From: Felis catus
Taxonomy: Eukaryota
Assembly (NCBI RefSeq): GCF_018350175.1
Contig: NC_058368.1
Coordinates: 52,950,001 to 53,014,000, forward strand
Reading direction: 5' to 3'
Length of the DNA: 64,000 nt
Part shown: one piece after another, positions 38,347 to 51,487 of the stretch
Numbering within the stretch: position 1 is the first letter of the stretch
Layout: each line of letters starts with the position of its first letter
Notes under the pieces: generated by a model
What the model saw: only the letters and a program-made list of their open reading frames with translations
What the model was told of the DNA's origin: nothing
Database searches by the model: none
Made by a program: the position numbers and the translations under genes

Positions 38347-38874
38347 CCAAGTAGTTATTTTTAAACAGCATTTGGTATGTGATGCTTCCTTATTGTGAAA
38401 GAAGCTATACCAGACTGCACATGCACTTTGCTGATTTTTCTATAATTTTTCTCTACTGCTGCTGCTTTATTAGTCTTGCTTTATAACAAGTCAAAAAGCT
38501 CTCTGAATCATTTTTTGGGAAATGTTCTTAATTAGTTTTCTATTCTTTCATATTAACTCAATAATTTTATTAATTTCTCCGTACCCCACATCCCACTGGA
38601 GTCTTTGTTGTAATTTTGTTAAGTCTAAAAATTAATTTGTTATTTAAAAAGTTAATTTGTAAAGATATGACATCTTTATCATCTTGATTTGCCCATAAGG
38701 GAAAAAAATAACAGCTAGCCTTTGTGAGGGCTTTACCATATGCCGCTGGCCAATCGGGGTATTTTCACCTGTCAACCCATATAATCTGCACAGTGGTTTT
38801 CAGAAGAAGGTGCACGTTTACAAGTGAGGGGACTCAAGCACAGGCTGGAAAGCAATCCTTTAAACAAAATCACT

Positions 38875-39050
38875 GGTGGTAATGGACATTAACTAAATTT
38901 ATCCTGGTGATGTTTCACAATATATACATATACCAGATCGTTATGTTGCAGACTACAAGTATTACAATGTGATATGTCAATTATATGCCAATAAAACTGG
39001 GAGAAAAATAAGGCATCAGAAAAAACTTTTAAGTGTTTAAAAGTTTACAA
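38875..39050 (+). mobile_element. L1 3' end fragment (L1_Carn-type)
   Basis: TTAACTAAATTTAT..TTTCACAATATATAC..ATATGTCAATTATAT..AATAAAACTGG. Confidence 0.65.
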
Positions 39051-40123
39051 AACCACTAGCCAGGTTTTTCTCCAGTACGATGATCACCGTTCACTCTCTC
39101 CACCTCTTTCCTGCTTTCTTATCCTTACATTTTTTCCATTTCCCATTCCATTCCGAACTCTTTCTGTACCTGCTCTGCTTCCTCCTTTTGCTCCTATGTA
39201 ATTGGTAGTATTATGCTGTTCTGAAGTCTAAATTTAGTTGATTTGAATTGTTATGCTTCATTAAGGAAACAGTATGAGACCTCAGTCGACCTTTGTTGTG
39301 AGCCAGGGTCTCATACCCCACCCCAATCCCCGAAGGAAGGTAGGAGTGACTTCAGAGGTATACACTGGAGATAAGTAGAAAGCCAGAACCTCTAAGATAC
39401 GGGGAAGGGAAAAGAGGCAGCAGAAGGGAGGTTTCAGGATGAAATTCCACCCCCACATTTAACTTCAAGAACCTGAGAATACGTTTACTTTGAAACTATT
39501 GAGCACCTACTGGATGCCAGGCAAAGAATCCTGAAACTTTATCTTTCATCCATGATGGGTGATGTATCTATTGGGGTTTTGCAAGTTTGTGGAAGAAAAC
39601 TTCCGGTATCCTAAAGAGCCCCAGGCCATGCCAGGGAGGAGTGGGGAATTGTCTCCACCTTGCCCCTACAGAAGAAAACAGCATTCACTTCACTGCTTAT
39701 CCTAGAGCAGAAAAGGGCTTGAATTCGTGATTGATCTGACAGGATGACATCGCAGTTCAATTAACGTAGATTCTTGAAACATTTCCAGGTTGATGTATCT
39801 ATTCACAGCCCTCCCTGGACTGGACTTTCATCCCCAGAGGGCTTCTTACAATTCAGTTTTGGCCCTTGAGACCAAGACCAGATCTAAGCCTGGCCGGGGG
39901 TACCTGAGGCCCAGCATGGCCCAGTGTAACATGCAGGCTTGTGGCCATATGGCATCCCCCGAGCCTGCCATTCTCTGATCTGTGCCAGAATGGGCATACG
40001 CGGGGATATTCCAGGATTTGAAGGGAGACTCAAAATGTCATAGAGCCAGTATGAGGTTAACCTTTCATTTCTCTTCTTCATGGCATGAGTAGAAGTGGAA
40101 CCAAGAGGAAGCAGAAAATGCCA

Positions 40124-40372
40124 TTTTTTTTAATTTTTAAGCTTTTTAAGTTTTTAAGTTTTTTATTTTATTTTTGAGAGAGAGAGAGAGAGAGAGAGAG
40201 ATAGCATGAGCAGGGGAGGGGCAGAGAGAGAGAGGGAGACACAGGGCCCAAAGCAGGCTCCAGGCTCTGAGCTGTCAGCGCAGAGACTGATGCAGGGCTG
40301 GAACTCACGAACCATGAGATCAGGACCTGAGCCCAAGTTGGCACTCAACCAACCGAACCACCCAGGCGCCTC
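40124..40372 (-). mobile_element. CAN-SINE (left member of tandem pair)
   Basis: SINE body with long (GA)n. Confidence 0.94.
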
Positions 40373-40384
40373 TCCGTCATTATT

Positions 40385-40588
40385 ATTATTTTTAAATGTG
40401 TGTTTATGTTTGAGAGAGACAGCACGAGCAGGGGAGGTGCAGAGAGAGAAGAGGACAGGAGACAGAGGATCTGAAGGGGGCTCACACCGATAGCAGAGAG
40501 CCAGATACCGGGCTTGAACTCAGGAACGGTGAGATCACGACCTGAGCCTAAGTCAGATGCTCTACTGACGCAGCCACCCAGGCTCCCC
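40385..40588 (-). mobile_element. CAN-SINE (right member of tandem pair)
   Basis: More diverged SINE body ending CAGCCACCCAGGCTCCCC. Confidence 0.92.
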
Positions 40589-40847
40589 ATGAAAATGCCG
40601 TTATTGATTTTAAGGCATGACAGGTTGAGGTTAGGACACATAATATAAAACTTTTGGGCTCTCTGAGGTATGGCCTGTTTGTACGTATTAAATAGGTTTT
40701 TTAAAATGTCCCAAGATGAGAGACCTGCCATGGTTACGGATTTCACCCACTGGGCCTCACATATTTTGAGGAGAGAAATATCTAGAATCTGGCCGACTGG
40801 TGATTTCTTTTTTGAGGGAGTGCTTGGTTGGACGGTCAGATGGGAAT

Positions 40848-40908
40848 AATATATATAATATATATATTTACATATATATATATGTATATATATATATTAT
40901 ATATATTA
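40848..40908. repeat. Imperfect (TA)n microsatellite
   Basis: Seen directly. Confidence 0.9.
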
Positions 40909-42127
40909 TTTTCCCTGTGTTGCTATTTTGACTCCACAAGACTGAATGGCAGTTTGGCTCAATTAATTTTAGATGCTGCCTATTATGTAAGAGTGAAGTA
41001 AGCTTCCCAGAAAGAGCCACACCTTCCAATAAGCATCCTGACAAGCATATTGGGAAGAAGAAGGGAGAAATTGCATAGGGGTGTAGGGGCGGGGAGGCTG
41101 CCAGATGGTGGGGGCAGAAGGAGGCAATGCCTCGAAGGCCAAGTTAAAGGAAGAGCTTCGAGAGAAATTCCCATCTGTGGGGAGGGGGAGGGAGGGGCAG
41201 CACAGAGGAGCAGTAAGAAAAGAGAGCTTACAGAAGAATATCAGAATATCAGAAAACAGGAGGTCATTTTCAATATGGACCTCCCACCTAAGGGACTAAG
41301 AAAGAAACCGTAAACACGAGAATGTACATCAAGGACATGTACATTTGTTTCATTCACAAATGAAGGGTGACTGTCCTCTGAGAGTTCACTTAGTGGCCTT
41401 GAGAAGGGAACTTTTTTAGTATCCAAATTGTGCCCATTTACCAGTGTTCACAAGTTGCTGTGAAATGCTGACAACTTGTTTAGATATTGTTTGTTTTTAC
41501 TATTAAAGCCTCTGATGCCTTTTAATGAAATCCACTTCATAAAACACAAAGGCATGTCTCTTTTCTCTTGCTGAAAGAAAAATACTAGTGAAGCTCTTGG
41601 CCGTGTTCTTTCCGTATAATGGAATCTGAGATATAAATGCAATATTTAACACATCTGAAATTTAGAATGCCCGTTTTAAACGTTCGCATGCACATCACTC
41701 CATGTGCGTTCCTCATTTTGCTAATTTTGACCAAAGAATTACTTACCGGTTGAACTAAACTCTTAATGAACGAATTTACAATTAAGATCTTCCTCATACG
41801 ATGAAATTGTTACAAAGACTATGTAAGCACGAGGCTCCATTTAGATTTCATTAACAAAATGCTTCGAATAGGAAGATAAGGAAAGAGCAACATTCAAGTC
41901 TTCTAATGCATAAAGCAAAGCAGTATTAATTTAAAAGGGGAAGGGATACAAAGACAATGGAAACCAGCAAAGAGTTCTGTCTCTAGGCATGGGAAGGGGT
42001 TTGTGTGTATGTAGTGCGGACAGACACAAATGCGTAAATGGACGTGCACAGTGCAAGAAGCACTCATCACAAATAAATTTGCTTGAATTCAACGGTGGAG
42101 CCGAGACCCTTGGTCAATGTTGAGACC

Positions 42128-42141
42128 GCGCCACCTTCTGG
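42128..42141 (-). promoter_or_regulatory. Candidate CTCF site
   Basis: Minus strand CCAGAAGGTGGCGC, one mismatch to core CCASYAGRKGGCRS. Confidence 0.5.
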
Positions 42142-43134
42142 TTGCCATGTGCATGGCAGGCACTCATATTGTTTACAGACCTAGCATTTCTGTTTTATGC
42201 AAAACTTATATTGAAGGGAGGCTGCAGATACGTTACTTGTGCTGTGCACTCCGTCCCCTGGGAACCGTATTGGAATGAGAACACGATCCATAAATGTACT
42301 CCAGTGACTGCTCTGCTTGAAAATCTGAGTTTGCCTTTTAAGCCTGATCAACTGTAATGGTGTATGATAGGCCAGACAGAGCACAAGCACTAACGGCAAG
42401 CGCGAGCAGGAGGCTTCGGTTGCCCGTCTTTTCCTGTCTTTTCCCTGGTTGCCACTTTGGGAACTTCTTAGCGTCGCAGAAATGGAGCCCCAGGAAACGT
42501 GGCAAGGCCTCTGCTGGTCCGGGAAAGCAGATGAGGGCTGTGCCGCGGTGCCTGCAAAGCTGCGAAACAACAAGTAAACAGGGGCGCTAATTTCCGGACA
42601 ACTGCTGACACACAGTCGTGGCCAAATGGTGATTTGGGGAATTAGGTCCTGCTGAAATTCCTTCTTTGTTTCAGTTGGATCGTTTATGGTGTCATGGCCT
42701 TGGGAGTCTTGGCTGGAGAGGTGAGCTCAGCGATGATACACCTTTGCCACCGCGCCAGGGCATCCTGACAAGAGGACTTTGGGAGGACACGTGACCACCC
42801 ATTTTATGCGTGGATCTGCCAGAGCCGCATATGAAGCTCCGCTGTTGGAAAAGATAGTCACAAAGGAAAGGTGGTGTCTTTCCCACGTGCTTTAATTAAG
42901 GAGTCTATATGTCTTCATCAAAATTGGGCCTAAAACCTTAAATGCTTGAGGTTAAATGCTTAAATGCTAGGAACTTTGTGAAAGCTTCTATAGAGGCAAA
43001 TATATTTATATAGACAAAATAAGCCGAGTTGAATAATTGTTCCTTACATTTTATCAAGGTAGACTTCTAAGATTCCTTGGGCAGGCAAGCCTATGCCACA
43101 CCACCTCTCATCCTCTCCCATCTCCTGCTCACCA

Positions 43135-43138
<4 letters not shown>

Positions 43139-43170
<32 letters not shown>
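43139..43170. repeat. (CA)n microsatellite
   Basis: Seen directly. Confidence 0.95.
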
Positions 43171-43172
<2 letters not shown>

Positions 43173-43739
43173 AGCCCTGAGAATAAAACAGAGCGGTGGT
43201 AATACTTTTACCAACAGAAAGAAGTAAAGTTTGTAATGATCCGGATGGCTTCTTCAACTTTCTATTTCACGTTACCTATGTTGACAGAAACTGTAATAGT
43301 TTTGCAAATTGAACCACTTCTGAATCTACAAATAAAATGATCAAGAAAGGTAGTGGTTAGAAAAAAAGAAAATGCAGGTTTAATTTTTCAAAACGAGATT
43401 TAGCTGTTGTGGTGGTAACTCATGGTCCTAAATTAATACTGGGATTTGCTCTATTTAAAGTTTGATTATGAAGGTTAAAGTCTTCTGAGATGGGTGTTTT
43501 AGAGGGTACCCCAACCAAAAGAACAGTGAGGTGAAAGTGTGAGATTGAACAGATGATGCAGTCAGAGCCCCCTGGAAGTCATGAACTTAGAAGCTCACTA
43601 TTTGGCAACTATCAGCATAGTAACTGATTCAGGGAAGTGTCATACGGGATGCTGAAAGTGGTGGGTGAAAGTATGAAGAGGATTATTATATGATATCATA
43701 GTATCTCTCTACAGAATTCATTAGAAAGGATGAAATAGG

Positions 43740-44340
43740 AATTTGAAAGTGGAGGAACGTGGTAAATCTCCCCTTGGCCAAGTGATCAAATCAACACCAC
43801 CAGCAGATCTCGTCTGTGCTTCCTGGTATGAAGCACTGAGAAGAATTTAGCACCCCTTCCATGACATTGCCACAAAAGCTCAAAATCCAAAACTAAATTC
43901 AGGACGAAACCTCAAGGCAACCCTAAATGAGGGACATTCTACATGATAATTGGCTTCACTCACAAAACGTCAGGGCTACGAAATACACAGAAAGACTCAA
44001 ATGCTGTTCCAGGTTAAAGAAAACTGGAGACAGGATGGCTTGAACAAAGCATGTGGCTTTGGATTCTCTCTCTTACAAAAGGCGTGGAGTCAATTGGCAA
44101 AATATTCTATAGCTTAGCTAATAGCACTGTCTTGGGGTTAGTCTGTCTCCTGATCTTGTGGATTGTAGTGTGGCTACCTAAGACAACTTCTTGCTTTTAG
44201 AAAATACATCTCTGCAATTTCTCTTAAATGACTCAGTTAAAAAGATGGCAAATGCTAATATCTAGACAATTTGTATACGAGAAGTCTTTGCATTTTCCCT
44301 TCAGTCTTTCTGCAAGCCTGACATTTAAAACAAACAACTT
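43740..44340 (+). mobile_element. Old L1MC/MD-type 3' region
   Basis: CCAAGTGATCAAA..TGAGGGACATTCTACA..AAAGACTCA..CTGTTCCAG.TTAAAG pattern. Confidence 0.55.
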
Positions 44341-46042
44341 TTAAAAATCAGCAAAATATGGACAAAAATGCCATTTCTTCCAGCTCACGCAGTACCAAAT
44401 AACAAGTAACTCTAACTTTTCTAACCAAAAAGCAAGTTGTTTTAGTCTCAAGTACACTCAACTTCAGGCACTGAAGGTGGAATTTGGAAAGCAGATCTTT
44501 TCAGAGGACCCTCTTTGCACAACCGGCTGCAAATCAGCTTCCTGGCCTATTTGGGCCCCATACTTTCTCTTCTCTTCTTGCCAACACTCTGTTCCTTCTT
44601 TCATTCAAAGGACTTTTATGGCACAGCCTGACCCTGTAAACTGCTGGCTCTTCAGAGAGGAGCCAGACTCAGCTTCCAGTCTATGGCACACAGAGAGAAT
44701 TCCAGTGGACTATATTTCAAAGTGCCACCACAGTGGAAAAACAAGGGGAGAAAATGGTACCGTGGACAATTTCAAGGAGGAGGCCCGAGTTGCAGGCCCC
44801 AGTCAGAGGGAGATTGAAGACATTGAGGGGGAGCAGGGGTGCAGTTGTAGAGGGGTCTTTCCAGGACCCGTTATTATGGGACGTCAGCTCAGTGGTGAGG
44901 GGTGTGACTGCCCCCCAGGCAGGGGCTGGAGCACATCACGTTTGTCCCGCTAGAGCATTTGAGTTCTGCATCTTGGTGGTGGAAAACCACTGAAAGATCA
45001 TGCTTAGATTTACATGTTCAAAGGGCCCTTGTTTCTCAGGCTCCCTTTGTAATTCTTTCACTGGTCAATTGACTTTTCCTCAGTGAATGACTGTTTGAAG
45101 TCAGATGCCGTACTGGTTTGAGGTACACATGACCAAAAAAAAATATGATTTTTGCTCTGAGCGTCTCCATTCTGCAGTCTCTGTGGCTTTTTTCTTTCTG
45201 CTTTCTACCACTTAAAGGTGAGCCACATTAAAGACCACTGTAAGTCATAGTTGGTCTGCCCTGTATTTATTTGTGCTTCTTAACCTCTCCCTGGAACTCC
45301 TAAACCTGCTCTCCTTATTAAGCTAGAAGGAGAAAGTACTCGAAATACACCACGGTGCAATAGAAGGCAAACTTTGCCTTTCCTTAACCAAAGTAGCCAG
45401 TTTAAACTATACTCAAAGCTTTATGCCCAATTCTAGCAGGTAATATTAAAATTATAGGATTCCTCGAAACTCATCTTTTTAATCCATTTACTTAACAATA
45501 TTCCTGTCATCTTAACATTTATAAGATAAAATAATTGTATCATTTGTATAATTCTGAAACGTAGTTAGCCATTATTTTCAATTATTTTTTTCGCAATATA
45601 GTATGATCATTTATATTTCATGCTTAGTACACTAATTAGGTTAATAGCCTCTAGTGCTAAGCACTGTAGTATTTTATTTCATGGTGTTTGAAAGCTATCT
45701 TGTATGGAATATAATTTTCACTGTTTAAATTCACATATTATCATTTTTTGAAGTATATTTTCATTGTGAGAATCAGCAAGGGGAAAAGACTCAAGGTAGC
45801 TTAGATTTTCTCAAAGAAAATAATATGTCATTCAACCAAAGCACCTACTGTGTACCTAGCATTTGGTTAGGAGCTCTCAGAGGACACTGAAGAAAGAAAA
45901 GGGGACAGGGAGGGGGAGCATAGCAGGGACTTCTTTAGAAAAATTCATTTGGTAGTTAAGGAAATAACAGGTTTCTCTAACACATACTTCCATAAGCTTC
46001 ACAGGCAAAATTTGAATTTCAATCCTCAAGCTGCTACTTTCT

Positions 46043-46266
46043 TTTTTTTTTTTAATTTTTTTTAACGTTCATTTATTTTTGAGACAGAGAGAGACAGAGC
46101 ATGAACGGGGGAGGGGCAGAGAGAGAGGGAGACACAGAATCGGAAGCAGGCTCCAGGCTCTGAGCCATCAGCCCAGAGTCCGACGCGGGGCTCGAACTCA
46201 CGGACCGTGAGATCGTGACCTGAGCTGAAGCCGGACGCTTAACCGACTGAGCCACCCAGGCGCCCC
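46043..46266 (-). mobile_element. CAN-SINE (young, CpG-rich)
   Basis: Perfect TSD TCAAGCTGCTACTTTCT at 46026-46042 and 46267-46283. Confidence 0.97.
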
Positions 46267-46679
46267 TCAAGCTGCTACTTTCTAGCAACACAAATACAGG
46301 CACCGTGAGCACTCTAAGACTCAGCTTCCTTGCAGTAAAATGCAGATAACAGTAACATATCGGTGTCTCTTTCTCTTCTTCCCTTCACTCTTAGACTCCA
46401 ACACATGGCTCCCCTTAAGGGGTAAGTCCGTGTTGTGGTCTCTGTCTATGTTGTGGTCAACATGGCGACGCCTACGGCCCTCACACCTCTTGCTCATATG
46501 GCAGCTCCTGGACATTACACTCAGACTCATGTCAAATCCATTCCACAGTTCTCTGAGCTTCAGTTACTTCAGGAAAGAGAGACTAAGGAGTAGAGAAGCA
46601 AGTGCATGGATTGATTTGAAATTTAGGGTATTTATGGATCTTGTAATGAACTAAATAAAGAACGATTTGGATTTTTTAA

Positions 46680-46796
46680 TTTTTTTTTTTAGATTTTTTT
46701 ATTTTTAAGTAATCTCTACACCCAACACAGGACTTGAATTTACAATCCTGAGATTAAGAATCATATGCTCTTCCAACTGAACCACCCAGGCACCCC
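46680..46796 (-). mobile_element. Short older CAN-SINE (no CT tract)
   Basis: TAAGTAATCTCTACACCCAAC..AACCACCCAGGCACCCC. Confidence 0.88.
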
Positions 46797-47604
46797 TGAC
46801 TTGCAGATTTTTAATAATTAGAACATTTGTGCTACTATTCTTCCCTTTTCTTGTCCCCCCCCCCCCCATATATTCTATCCGGTTAGTTACCTTTTTAAAT
46901 ACACGCCCATAATTTTTATTCATTTATTCTTTGCATTTCCACCGCTACTCCCTTTCCCCGGGCCCCACTGCCGTCCTTCCAGACTGTTGGCAAAAGTTTT
47001 CTCATCTGTGGCTAGCATCCCCCTCTCTGGGCCATTCTATCCATGGCAGCCCAGACTTTTCTGCTTGAAACTGTATCTCTCTTATGCTCCAGAACGCCCT
47101 ATCATTTAAAGTGCTCTCTAATCTGAAACCAGCTGACTCCTCATATTCCTTATATTTCAGCAAAAACAAACAGCTTGCTTAGTTGTCCTTATATGATTTC
47201 CTGGATGATTTCCATCAATGTTGTGTCCTCCACCTGCAAAAATCTTCCCTCCCTGTCCTACCCGTTCCAACTCAGCACGGACAAATCCAACCTCCCTCAA
47301 GCCTCAACTCAAATATTACTTCCTCCCTGAGGTCTTTATAATTGTCCCTACTCCAACATAATCTTAGCCCTTTTAATCTTCATATACTTCATATTGAAGA
47401 ACCTGTAAAAATCCCAACGTACTGCACCTCTTTTGAGAAACTGTCACTTCTTCCCCTGCAAATGGGGTGTTAATGCAGGTGAAATCACTACTGTATAAGC
47501 TATAGGTCTTAACCAGCTTTGTATTTTCAAAGTATTTAGCATAATGTCTTTACACTAACATTTATTCAATGAGTAAATGACTTTTAATCACAGCGTTTAT
47601 CTGT

Positions 47605-48230
47605 TTATTTATTCAACAAGTATTTATTGAACACCTGCTACGTATGAAGTGTTGTCCTAAGTATGGGATTCACCGATAAGCCAAACAGACCCAAGTCCCT
47701 GTCCACAAGGAGCGTGAAGTTTAGTGTTTGAGAAGGATGTGGGAGGGGACTGACAGTAGATCATGAAATAAGAAAAACATACAGCATTTTAGAAAGCGAC
47801 AAGTTCTGTGAAAAGGAAGTTAGAGGAGTTTCGTAGGCCCCAGACGTCAAGTGGGTGGTGGTGAGGACTGTGGTTTAAATAGGCTTGCCTCACTAAGCTC
47901 CGCGAGAAAACTGAGCAAAAACTGGAAGGAGGGAAGCCAGTGAGTCTTTCAGAGACTGAGAGGAAGCGCCTTGCGGCAGAGGGAAAAGCGAGTGGAAAAC
48001 CCTAAGAGGGGAGCCTATCTGGCATGTTCCGGCACCACAATGCGGCAGAGCAGCCGGGAGACATGTGAGAAGGGGACAGGAGCAGGGGCTGAGATTACAG
48101 AGGGAGTGTGGGCAGGGAAGGGAGATCATGCAAGGACTCCAGCTCTTCCCCTGGGAGAAACCTGAAGCCGCTGAAGGGCTTCGAGCCAAGGAGTGGTGCA
48201 GTCTAGTCCAGCCTTTATCATATTTTACCC
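47605..48230 (-). mobile_element. L2 fragment
   Basis: ATTCAACAAGTATTTATTGAACACCTGCTA (L2 3' end, antisense), continuing into L2-like body. Confidence 0.6.
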
Positions 48231-48684
48231 TCATTACTTTATTTCACCTTTTGTGCATAAAGATGTTGACTTAAGATAGATGCATCTAACAGAGTCCAAA
48301 TATTATAAGCACGTGCCATCAGTGGACACCAGAGCATGGGAAAGAGTCCATTCTCCAACATGCTGGCTCAGAGACCAGGGAGATGGAAAGGTGGCAGGAA
48401 AGGGGGCACAGTGACCTGACTGCAGTGCAGTCGGTGGACTGCTTCTTTCCCTTTAGTCCACATATGCTAACCAGAAGCCTTTAGTCTTTCTGAAATTTTA
48501 CTTAACATTTCAGGTATTCGACACCTGAATAGGTTTGTCAGTGCATAAAGCAGCAGTAATGGTTAAGTTACTAAGTATTCCACACAATTGTCCAATAAGC
48601 CATTGGTTTTAAGTCCAGTTTTGGAAACATCATTTTCATTTCATTTTACTGGCAAAGAGGGCAAATTTAAATTGGGTCTACGGA

Positions 48685-48890
48685 GGGGCGCCTGGGTGGC
48701 TGAGTCAGTTAAGCATCCGACTTTGGCTCAGGTCACGATCTCACCCTTAGTGGGTTTGAGCTCCCCATCGGGCTCTGTGCCGACAGCTCGGAGCCTGGAG
48801 CTGCTTCCAGTTCTGTGTCTCTCACTCTACCCCTCCCCTGCTCAGACTCTATCTCTCTCTCCTAAAAATAAACATTAAAAAATAATAATA
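48685..48890 (+). mobile_element. CAN-SINE
   Basis: GGGGCGCCTGGGTGGCTGAGTCAGTTAAG..AAAAATAAACATTAAAAAA. Confidence 0.94.
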
Positions 48891-51414
48891 AGTTAGTTGA
48901 ACCTACTGAATTTGTCTTGCTTTCCCACTGTATCCTCTCGTGTAACTACTAATGAGGAGTGAATTCACTAAAAATTGGTCATCCCAAGGAAAAAGTTGGG
49001 AAGGGGTGACAGTGCCTCATACACTGGGTCCAGGGTGGCAGATGTGGGGGCAGGACTCACTCTGGTCCCTTGCCACGGGTCACAGGTCATTCCCGAGGTG
49101 CTGAGGAAAGAGTCCTGATGAGGCTTCCTCACGAAGAACCCAAAGTGTCCTGGCGTCTTGTTCAGCTCAATTTTGTGCCTGAGTGACCTTGCCAGAGTGT
49201 GCCGTGGGTGTAGAGCCATCAGCTCTACTGTATTACGGAGGAGATGGCAGGGGCTGATTTGGGACTGGTGCCTCCCTTCGCATTACTGTACTCATGGTCA
49301 CTGACCACTTGTGGATTCAAGCCTCTAAATTAGAGGAAAGGTCCAAACTTAATACAGAGTTTCCTCAATCACAGCAGAGAAACGGGCTTCAGTGGCCCGG
49401 GTCTAGCATCAGACTATTGGCATCTGGTGTAGCCTGAGTACCCTGGGCCCTCTGCCCTTCCCTTCCTGTGCTGTGTGACCTTGGGAAAGCTGCCCAGCCT
49501 CCCTGAGCTTCCGCTCCTATATTTGTCAGTTGGTTGACAAAACTGACTTTGTAATATCGTTGTCAGAGTTTTAGGAATAATCTTTGTGGACCTGGAGAAC
49601 GGTAGCTCTACAATAAATGCCGATCCATAATCTCAAATGGATCTAACGTTACATCGAATATGCCTCTTCCCATTCACGTATTTTAGCAATTTGCCTCTCA
49701 CCCGCATAAGAGACTCGTGACTTTTCCTGTGTTTCGATGGGACTGGCGCTATTGAGTCCACATACATTTTAGAAAACTTGATTTTCAAGGTAATTCTTCT
49801 ACCGGGCTGCTAACAATGAAGTGGAAATTGCTGTTTGTTTAGCTATAAAGAATATTCCCGGAGGGAGTATTGTGAAATATCAGATGGGCAGAAAGAATCG
49901 GCGAGTGAATTTTGCAGTTCTTTTTTATCCCCAAAGACTTTCCGAGAGAGATACATTTTGCACACCGAGGGTTTTAGTCCATCCCTGTACCCATATTTTG
50001 GGAGATCTGTTATATGTCAGGCTCTGAGAGTAGCAAGGGACGGGGCTTTAGCTCCTAGCCTAGAAAAAGTTTCCAGTCTGGTAGATAAAACACTTTATGT
50101 TGTATTCTATTACAAGGTGATGAGTTCCAGCACAGTGTAGCCATACCTGAGGGCCGAGGGATGATTTTGACGGTCTCTTGCTGTCTAGTCTGGCTGAATG
50201 CTTTGGTGATGAGAAATGAGGGACCAGGATATGGTGACTGGAGGAGGCCATTCCCTGCCAAGACGGGACTGGGTTCTGGGTGCTAATGGGGGAAGAGTAA
50301 CCGGGGTACAACAACCGTTGGGCACTTCCATTTTTCCAAGTGGTTAGTGGTACCAGCATTTCCATTTTTTGGTGCGTTGTTCACTCCTTAACGATGATGA
50401 AAACTGTCCACTCTCCATAGGCTACTCTTTTCCCAACTGTGGAAATTGTGACCGTCAAGTCCCATCTGCGCACACAGAAGAAACACAGGCAGGTAACCCA
50501 GAACAGCGACGCTCTGACACTCGTGTGTCCTCCCTGTCGGAAACAGGGTCCAGGCTGCAATGCAGACGGAGTCTAAGGGACTTAAAACGACAGGGGCGTG
50601 GGAAGCCACCGCCGAAGGCGGCTCTGACCCGGGGAGGGGCCTTTCTCGTCCTGCCCAAACCCGAGCCGTTCTCAAGCTGTTTAACTTGCGGTTCTTTTCT
50701 CCGGTTGCCTTTTCTTTGAAAACTAATTGTAGATGTGAAATGGCCATGTTTAAATAATTCATAAAAAAAAATAATAAATCCAGAGGAAAGTGGCAGAGGT
50801 GCGGAGGAACCTGGTGAAGTACAAAGGAGGGGTCGAGCCCGGCGCAGTTTTCCAAGAGGCTCTCCTCACTCTGGAGTGCTTAATGAGGCCCGCCTGCCCG
50901 CGTGGCCCTGGGTTGGTTTTGTTCTTTCAAGAGAGCTGTTGACCTCACCCTGCATTAGAACGCACGGAGCCGTCGCTTCTCACGATTCGTGAAAACATTT
51001 GTAAATGCTGTTATTTGGGCATGGGGGAAAAAAATCGGTACCTTCTGACTGAGGGAAACTCATACATTTATAATTGTATTTTTTAATGTCGAGGAACAGC
51101 CTTTTAGCCCTAGCAATTATGCAAACCAGTTAGACAACATTGTTTAATGTAGGCAACTAAATGCCCAGAAGATCCTTCGCTAGAAAAACAAGAGCTTCTG
51201 CAACTTTTGGAGGCTTCTTCCAGCCAGACAATTAATGGAACTAACTCAATGGTGCCTTTGTAAGGTTTATAGCTCCTGGAACTACGGCCGTGCCTACAGA
51301 ACTATTTTAAATGTTACACCCTTGAAACTTCTAGATCAATTAGTTTGTGATAGAAGGCAATCTCTAGGTCTAAAACTACTTTTTTAATGCTGATATATCA
51401 TTTTCAGTAATAGG

Positions 51415-51447
51415 CTTTTTCTTTTTTTCTTATCTTTTTCTTTCTTT

Positions 51448-51486
<39 letters not shown>

Positions 51487-51487
51487 C
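51415..51487. repeat. poly-T / T-rich tract
   Basis: Seen directly. Confidence 0.9.

Larger units (their letters stand above)
36740..38700 (-). mobile_element. Old L1 (L1ME/MC-like) ORF2 fragments hosting younger insertions
   Basis: TTGCTAAATTGCTTTTAGAAAG, TTTTAATTTGTATTT, GCAAATATTTCTCCC motifs; approximate. Confidence 0.55.

Noticed and set aside
44477..44953. 158-aa ORF
   Set aside because: Non-ATG start, overlaps L2-like decayed sequence, no homology recognised.
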